A model generated the notes under the pieces. The model was not told the DNA's origin. It was given only the letters and a program-made list of their open reading frames with translations, and ran no database searches. The translations under genes were made by a program, and so were the position numbers. Positions 27,054 through 31,991 of a stretch of 31,991 nucleotides of DNA are shown piece after piece. The first letter of the stretch is position 1; every line of letters begins with the position of its first letter. This DNA is from Clostridia bacterium (GTDB lineage Bacteria; Bacillota; Clostridia; Oscillospirales; Acutalibacteraceae), in NCBI GenBank assembly GCA_017501865.1, contig JAFVWD010000090.1:1-31991 (forward strand), read 5' to 3'.

Positions 27054-28850
27054 TTATTTGCCCTCCGCAATAAATCCGAAATATCTGCCTATCCAATAAG
27101 CAAAGGTGTATGGGTAACAGCCTTCAACAACACCTGCACCGCCACTGTCTTCATTTTTAAATTCTAACGGATTACGATCATATTTTGCTATGAATCGTTC
27201 ATCATTAGGAAGAAGTGCCGAGGTTTCCTTGTAACCGCCCATAAATAATTTCTGCGGATAGTCAACTCTCATATTCAATGAAACACCGCTTGCAATTCTT
27301 GTTGCACCAAAGCGGTAGAACCATGTTCTGATTCTTTCCTCATCAGGCTTTGCATTTTCAGGGTCTGAAAGGAAGTAAATGAAGTCATAGCCTGCATTAT
27401 ACTCAGGAGCAAGTGAATAACGCCAGCTTCTGAAGCCCTCGCGGTAAATTTCTTTTAATTCAGGGTCCTGCTCAAGAGTTACAAGTCCCCAGAATGACAA
27501 TACCGCCAGCATATGGTCACCGTACATAATTTCTTCACGGTCATCAAGACCGCCTGCCAGAGCTACCTGGTGGAATCTGTCAAAATGCTTTGTTACTAAA
27601 TCTTTATAACCGTCTTTAAAAAGGAGCTTGTTATATTCCTCTTCCCATTTACCTGTTTCACCGGTAACTCTCATTGTTACCTTAAGGTACATTAAAAGCT
27701 CTGCTCCGTTAAGACAAGCATCTGCCCAACCCATATAGCTGTTGAAATAATCTAAATTCCATTTTGCCCAGGTTGTAGGCTTACCGTCAATTTCAATTAT
27801 TGCATAACCACCCTCAATAATATGATTCATTGTATTGACAGCTGCTTCTTTTATAATAGCATCTAATTCAGGGTCTTCTCTGCCTAAAAATTCGTGTGCT
27901 ACTAAAAGATGTATGTAATGGTGGGTTATTTCATCACTGCTTGTGTCACCCTTATAAACAATATCTGTATCAGAAAATCCTTCACTTGTGTAAAGTTTTC
28001 TGAGTCTTTCAGGAATAGGTGCATCTGCTTTTATTTCTTTACCTACGAGCTTTTTCTTTTGCGAGTCTGTTGTGCTGACACAAACTGCAGTCTCGCCGTT
28101 TTTCTTATAGAACAAGCCGTCATCAGGTATGGGCTCTGCTGTTGTAAGATATGAACGTGCAACAAATCCGTTACCGCGACCTGCAATGTACATTAAAAGA
28201 AGATTTGCTTCGCACGCACGTGTTGCAGAAGCTCTTGCTTCAAGAGTTTCTTTTGCATATTCGCCCTTTTCTTTTTTAAGAGTAGCATAACGGAAGATTT
28301 CGCCAATGGCAAAGCCAACGGTAAATGATCCGTCATTGTCAGAGTGTCCGTAAGAAACTGCAGATTTGAGATTGCCCGGCTCTGCTAATTTCTTCTGGCT
28401 TGTCATACCGCGCCTGTCAACATATTTATGAGTTTCTTCTGTGAGGAGATATGCTTTTTCTTCCATACTCATTTTTGTCATTTTAATATGAGTTGCACCT
28501 TTTTCGGTAAGCACCCACACACCGTTATTACCGTCGCTTTCAAGCGCAATAACATTATTATCAAGCAAATCGCGTCTTGCGCTAAAGTGCATAATAATAT
28601 CATCTTTTCTGTCAGCATTTTCTGCATAACGGGTTACACCGCCGTTTGAACCATACCATATAACCCCGTTTTCGCCTTCACAAAAACAGGTGTAGTCAGA
28701 TTTTTTTTGCGGTAAAGGATAGGGGAATCCTTCAAGATTTGGTTTTTTCGGTGTTTTTTCGTGCAGACTTTTCGGTACTTCAATGTCATATCTTTTATAA
28801 TGACTTGAAGATTTTGTAAGTCGGGGAAAAAGAATAACTGGATTTTTCAT
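27054..28850 (-). CDS. Unknown 598-aa protein: short beta-propeller-type repeats plus a helical C-terminal domain
   Basis: Repeats EGENGVIWYGSNGGVTRY and ESDGNNGVWVLTEKGATHI; RBS AAGGAG; stop lies 1 nt from the GH38 start; no signal peptide. Confidence 0.75.
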   Translation of the reverse strand: MKNPVILFPRLTKSSSHYKRYDIEVPKSLHEKTPKKPNLEGFPYPLPQKKSDYTCFCEGENGVIWYGSNGGVTRYAENADRKDDIIMHFSARRDLLDNNVIALESDGNNGVWVLTEKGATHIKMTKMSMEEKAYLLTEETHKYVDRRGMTSQKKLAEPGNLKSAVSYGHSDNDGSFTVGFAIGEIFRYATLKKEKGEYAKETLEARASATRACEANLLLMYIAGRGNGFVARSYLTTAEPIPDDGLFYKKNGETAVCVSTTDSQKKKLVGKEIKADAPIPERLRKLYTSEGFSDTDIVYKGDTSSDEITHHYIHLLVAHEFLGREDPELDAIIKEAAVNTMNHIIEGGYAIIEIDGKPTTWAKWNLDYFNSYMGWADACLNGAELLMYLKVTMRVTGETGKWEEEYNKLLFKDGYKDLVTKHFDRFHQVALAGGLDDREEIMYGDHMLAVLSFWGLVTLEQDPELKEIYREGFRSWRYSLAPEYNAGYDFIYFLSDPENAKPDEERIRTWFYRFGATRIASGVSLNMRVDYPQKLFMGGYKETSALLPNDERFIAKYDRNPLEFKNEDSGGAGVVEGCYPYTFAYWIGRYFGFIAEGK

Positions 28851-28964
28851 ACTTTACTCCTTACAATGAAATATACACATTAATTTTAACAAATCACAGT
28901 ATAAAGTGCAACACAATTATTTAAATATTTCTTTTATTTTTAATATATTTTTTTCTTTATACTA

Positions 28965-28993
28965 TTGGAATATTTTAAATATTGTGATACAAT
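28965..28993 (+). promoter_or_regulatory. SigA promoter of the ectB-like gene
   Basis: TTGGAA-N17-TACAAT with an extended -10 (TG-A-TACAAT). Confidence 0.7.
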
Positions 28994-29085
28994 ATTATGT
29001 TGTACGAAGTGTTTTGCTTTTATGTGAAATACTGAAGAATTTATTCCGGTAAGACTTTCTTACCTTTATGAAAGGTATTGTGTTT

Positions 29086-30345
29086 ATGGATACTTCTATT
29101 TTTGAACAGTACGAATCAGAAGTTCGCTCATATTGCAGAAATTTCCCGGCAGTTTTTCTGAAGGCTAAGGATGCCATTATTACAGATGAAAACGGCAAGG
29201 AGTACATTGACTTCTTCTGCGGTGCCGGTGCTCTTAACTACGGTCACAATAACGACTATATAAAAGAGAAGGTTATTTCATATCTTCAGAATGACGGAAT
29301 TATTCACTCGCTTGATATGTTTACTTCCGCAAAGCGCGATTTCATTGATTTTTTCCAGAAGAATGTTCTTATTCCGCGCGGATTTGATTATAAAATTCAA
29401 TTTCCCGGACCAACAGGCACAAATGCAGTAGAGGCTGCTTTAAAGCTTGCAAGAAAGGTTAAAAAGAGAAACAACATTTTCGCTTTTATGGGCGCATTTC
29501 ACGGTATGACCTTAGGCTCACTTGCTATGACTACTGACAGAGATGCACGAGAGGGTGCCGGTGTTGTTCTTACTGACGTTACTCACATTCCTGCTCCTTA
29601 TATGTTCCCTGAGCTGGATGTTATAAACTATATGCAGACTCTTCTTGATGATGACCACTCAGGTATAAGCAAGCCTGCAGCTGTTGTTATAGAGCCTGTT
29701 CAGTCCGACGGCGGTATTCACGTTTTTTCAGTTGATTTCTTAAAACGCCTTCGTGAGTTCTGCACTAAGAACGACATACTTCTTATATGCGATGATATTC
29801 AGGTTGGTTCTTCAAGAACAGGCTATTTCTTCTCATTTGAAAGAGCCGGAATTGTTCCTGATATTGTTACTCTTTCAAAATCAATAGGCGGCTACGGTAT
29901 GCCTTTTGCACTTACCCTTTTCAAGCCCGAAATTGACATATGGAATCCGGGCGAGCATAACGGTACATTCCGCGGCAGTCAGCTTTCTATAGTTGCAGCT
30001 AAAGCCGGACTCGAGCTTATGCTTAATGAAAAAATTGAGGAAAATGTAAGAAGAAAAAGCGCAATTATTGAAAAATATCTTAAAGAAATTGCTTCTCTTA
30101 ATGAAAAAATTGAAGTTCGCGGAATCGGCTTTATGTGGGGTATTGACTGCAACAAGCTTTGTCCGTCAACTCTTTCAAAGCAAATTGTTCACGACTGCTT
30201 TGAGAATGGACTTATATTGGAAAGAGCAGGAAGAAATAATGACACAGTTAAATTAATGCCTGCACTTGTAATTGATGAAGAGACTCTTGAAAAAGGTCTT
30301 AAAATCCTTCTTGATGTTGTCAGAAATTTAGTAAATAATTTATAA
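29086..30345 (+). CDS. ectB: Diaminobutyrate-2-oxoglutarate transaminase (class III PLP aminotransferase)
   Basis: ESEVRSYCRNFP, DFFCGAGALNYGHN, GPTGTNAVEAALKLARK, DDIQVG, PLP-lysine motif LSKSIGG, PGEHNGTFRG. Start at ATG 29086 after AAAGGT. Confidence 0.88.
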   Translation: MDTSIFEQYESEVRSYCRNFPAVFLKAKDAIITDENGKEYIDFFCGAGALNYGHNNDYIKEKVISYLQNDGIIHSLDMFTSAKRDFIDFFQKNVLIPRGFDYKIQFPGPTGTNAVEAALKLARKVKKRNNIFAFMGAFHGMTLGSLAMTTDRDAREGAGVVLTDVTHIPAPYMFPELDVINYMQTLLDDDHSGISKPAAVVIEPVQSDGGIHVFSVDFLKRLREFCTKNDILLICDDIQVGSSRTGYFFSFERAGIVPDIVTLSKSIGGYGMPFALTLFKPEIDIWNPGEHNGTFRGSQLSIVAAKAGLELMLNEKIEENVRRKSAIIEKYLKEIASLNEKIEVRGIGFMWGIDCNKLCPSTLSKQIVHDCFENGLILERAGRNNDTVKLMPALVIDEETLEKGLKILLDVVRNLVNNL

Positions 30346-30350
30346 AATAT

Positions 30351-30382
30351 AAAAGCCGTCTTTTTGTGACGGCTTTTACTTT
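30351..30382 (+). terminator. Intrinsic terminator after ectB
   Basis: AAAAGCCGTC / GACGGCTTTT followed by ACTTTT. Confidence 0.75.
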
Positions 30383-30405
30383 TAAATATTTAAGGAGTTG
30401 TTTTT

Positions 30406-31194
30406 ATGCAGGATGTATTTTGTGATTTAAAATTAACAGGCATTGCTTCATCTCTTTGTAATGCTTTAGGAGTAAGCGCTCCTGAGCAGAGTGAAAAGTC
30501 TGTTGAGGTACTCGATAAATTTACTGAAAATAAAAAAACAGACAGAATTTTAATGTATAATCCTGATGCCGTTGCGCTCTGGATTTACGAAAAATATACC
30601 GGTCTTTTTTCTGATGTAATGCTTAATACACAGCTTACATTACCGTTAAAAACAGTTATGCCTTCTGTAACACCTGTTTGCTTCGGTACAATGTACACAG
30701 GTGCAGAACCTGCAGTTCACGGTATTCAGAGCTACACAAAGCCTGTTATTAAAACCGATTCGGTTTTTGATGCACTTATAAGAGCAGGTAAGAAGCCCTG
30801 CATAGTTTCAACAGGCAACGACAGTATGTCTAAAATCTTTTTAGAGAGAAATATGGACTACTTCATTGTTGAAAATCCTGATGAGGCAAATGAAAAGGCA
30901 ATAGAGCTCATAAAAGAAGATAAATATGATTTTATTGCCGTTTATAACGGGAATTACGACGGAACCATGCATAAATTCGGTCCCGAGCATGAAAATTCAA
31001 TAGCTGCTTTAAAACATAACATTGCGGCATTCAAAGCTCTCGCAGAAGCAGTTAAGGAAAACTGGAAGGATCACAACACATTAATCGGTTTTGCTCCCGA
31101 CCACGGTTGCCACGAAATTGACGGCGAGTGCGGCAGTCACGGACTTGATATGCCCGAGGATATGAACATAATTCATTTTTATGGGATAATATGA
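30406..31194 (+). CDS. Alkaline phosphatase superfamily protein (NPP/phosphodiesterase-like), cytoplasmic
   Basis: Nucleophile loop MPSVTPVCFGTMYTG, DGTMHKFG, PDHG, GSHG; RBS AAGGAG; no signal peptide. Confidence 0.82.
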   Translation: MQDVFCDLKLTGIASSLCNALGVSAPEQSEKSVEVLDKFTENKKTDRILMYNPDAVALWIYEKYTGLFSDVMLNTQLTLPLKTVMPSVTPVCFGTMYTGAEPAVHGIQSYTKPVIKTDSVFDALIRAGKKPCIVSTGNDSMSKIFLERNMDYFIVENPDEANEKAIELIKEDKYDFIAVYNGNYDGTMHKFGPEHENSIAALKHNIAAFKALAEAVKENWKDHNTLIGFAPDHGCHEIDGECGSHGLDMPEDMNIIHFYGII

Positions 31195-31204
31195 GATAAG
31201 ATGT

Positions 31205-31434
31205 GTTTGCCTGACGGCAAGTGATGTTACTGCGTAGTGATGTTACTTCGTAGTGATGTTGTTTCACAGTGATGTTGTTTCACAGTGATGTTTTGCCTTT
31301 GGCAAAGTAATTTCAAAAACAACTAAGTTTGCCTTTGGCGAAGCGAATGGCAAACTTAACATCACTTTGCACCGCAGGTGTAAAACATCACTATGCTTTT
31401 GCATAACTTCACTTTCGTCTACGAAAACATCACC
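31205..31434. repeat. Composite element: 5x AGTGATGTT, a central hairpin and 4x AACATCACT, with hairpin spacers
   Basis: AGTGATGTT at 31220, 31236, 31252, 31268 and 31284; AAGTTTGCC/GGCAAACTT stem; AACATCACT at 31358 and 31384, AACTTCACT at 31405, AACATCACC at 31426. Confidence 0.92.
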
Positions 31435-31450
31435 AAAAGGAGTTAGTTTT

Positions 31451-31576
31451 ATGGAAAAATCAGAATTGAGGCAACGAGCTAAAGATTTAGCTATTAAAAT
31501 TTTTTCTATTTGTGATAGCATCGACACTAAAAAAGGTCGTGGCGTTTTAGTAAATCAAATAACTGAGTTTGCCTGA
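31451..31576 (+). pseudogene. Truncated four-helix-bundle protein (TIGR02436/IVS/Avd-like), N-terminal 37 aa only
   Basis: RBS AAAAGGAG. MEKSELRQRAKDLAIKIFSICDSIDTKKGRGVLVNQI resembles the family N-terminus and breaks off where RSxxSIxAN is expected, reading into the second repeat copy (TEFA*). Confidence 0.65.
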
Positions 31577-31699
31577 CGGCAAGTGATGTTGCTTTATGGT
31601 GATGTTACTTCGTAGTGATGTTGTTTCACAGTGATGTTTTGCCTTTGGCAAAGTAATTCAAAAACAACTAAGTTTGCCTTTGGCGAAGTAATATTACTT
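31567..31699. repeat. Second copy of the left arm (4x AGTGATGTT-type units), ending in the palindrome AAGTAATATTACTT
   Basis: 31567-31688 matches 31205-31343 with one 16-bp unit missing, a 1-nt deletion and one changed spacer. Confidence 0.92.
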
Positions 31700-31712
31700 T
31701 TATATCAAAATC

Positions 31713-31752
31713 AAAAAGGATGTAAAAATATTTGTTTTTACATCCTTTTTTT
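31713..31752. terminator. Bidirectional intrinsic terminator
   Basis: AAAAAGGATGTAAAAA / TTTTTACATCCTTTTT perfect stem. Confidence 0.85.
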
Positions 31753-31851
31753 GTACATTTATGTGTGTAAATAAACCCTGTTTCATCAAGGAAAAAAGCC
31801 TATCAAAGCCAGAAAGACAAACTAAAATTCAATAAAATTTACCGAAATAAC

Positions 31852-31991
31852 TTATTTGAATTTTACTATTTCATTAGGTGTGCAATCTATAATTTTACAA
31901 AGTTTTTCAAGTGTGCTCATTGTTATATTTTTATTATTTTTTAATGAATTTAAAGTTCGGTTGTCAATCCCATTTTTCAATAATCTATACT
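31852..31991 (-). CDS. XRE/Cro-C1 family helix-turn-helix regulator, 3' part (begins outside the window; not in the ORF track)
   Basis: Manual translation from 31989: YRLLKNGIDNRTLNSLKNNKNITMSTLEKLCKIIDCTPNEIVKFK*, with the typical TLEKLCxxxDCxPxEI ending. Confidence 0.85.
   Translation of the reverse strand, partial: YRLLKNGIDNRTLNSLKNNKNITMSTLEKLCKIIDCTPNEIVKFK

Noticed and set aside
31052-31527. Minus-strand ORFs 31052-31267 and 31264-31527, and the upstream extension of the ORF from 31367
   Set aside because: They are translations of the repeat array with no RBS. The real start is ATG 31451 after AAAAGGAG.
31205-31699. CRISPR array
   Set aside because: Repeats are only 9 nt, spacers are 7-17 nt and partly identical, the two arms are in opposite orientation, and no cas gene is present in the window.
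1-31991. tRNA, rRNA, prophage, integrase or transposase
   Set aside because: No cloverleaf or rRNA-like segment was seen by eye and no ORF carries recombinase, transposase or phage motifs. tRNAscan-SE and Infernal were not run.

Overview
AT-rich bacterial chromosome segment. The gene repertoire suggests an anaerobic Clostridia (Oscillospiraceae/Ruminococcaceae-like) organism; this is an inference. Housekeeping and metabolic genes: partial aroK, pflB-pflA, a PHP-domain protein, mnmA, an acyl-CoA ligase, a nitroreductase, mnmG, a GH2, fucI, an isochorismatase-fold protein, oadB plus a small unannotated oadG-like gene, a GH38 with an unknown partner, an orphan ectB-like aminotransferase, an alkaline-phosphatase-fold protein and a partial XRE/Cro regulator. 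There are also two ECF sigma/anti-sigma/target triplets. I found no rRNA, tRNA, CRISPR array, integrase or transposase. The most unusual element is at 31205-31699. It is an array of 9-nt AGTGATGTT repeats separated by self-complementary mini-spacers, with a mirrored AACATCACT array that runs directly into the RBS of a truncated four-helix-bundle (Avd/IVS-like) gene, followed by a second copy of the left arm. Other notable items: a tandem pair of ~105-bp hairpins with compensatory changes (3369-3589), mutually exclusive hairpins over the ectB RBS, two enzymes with substituted catalytic residues, and an unknown propeller/helical protein coupled to GH38. All family assignments come from motif recognition by eye; no database searches were run.
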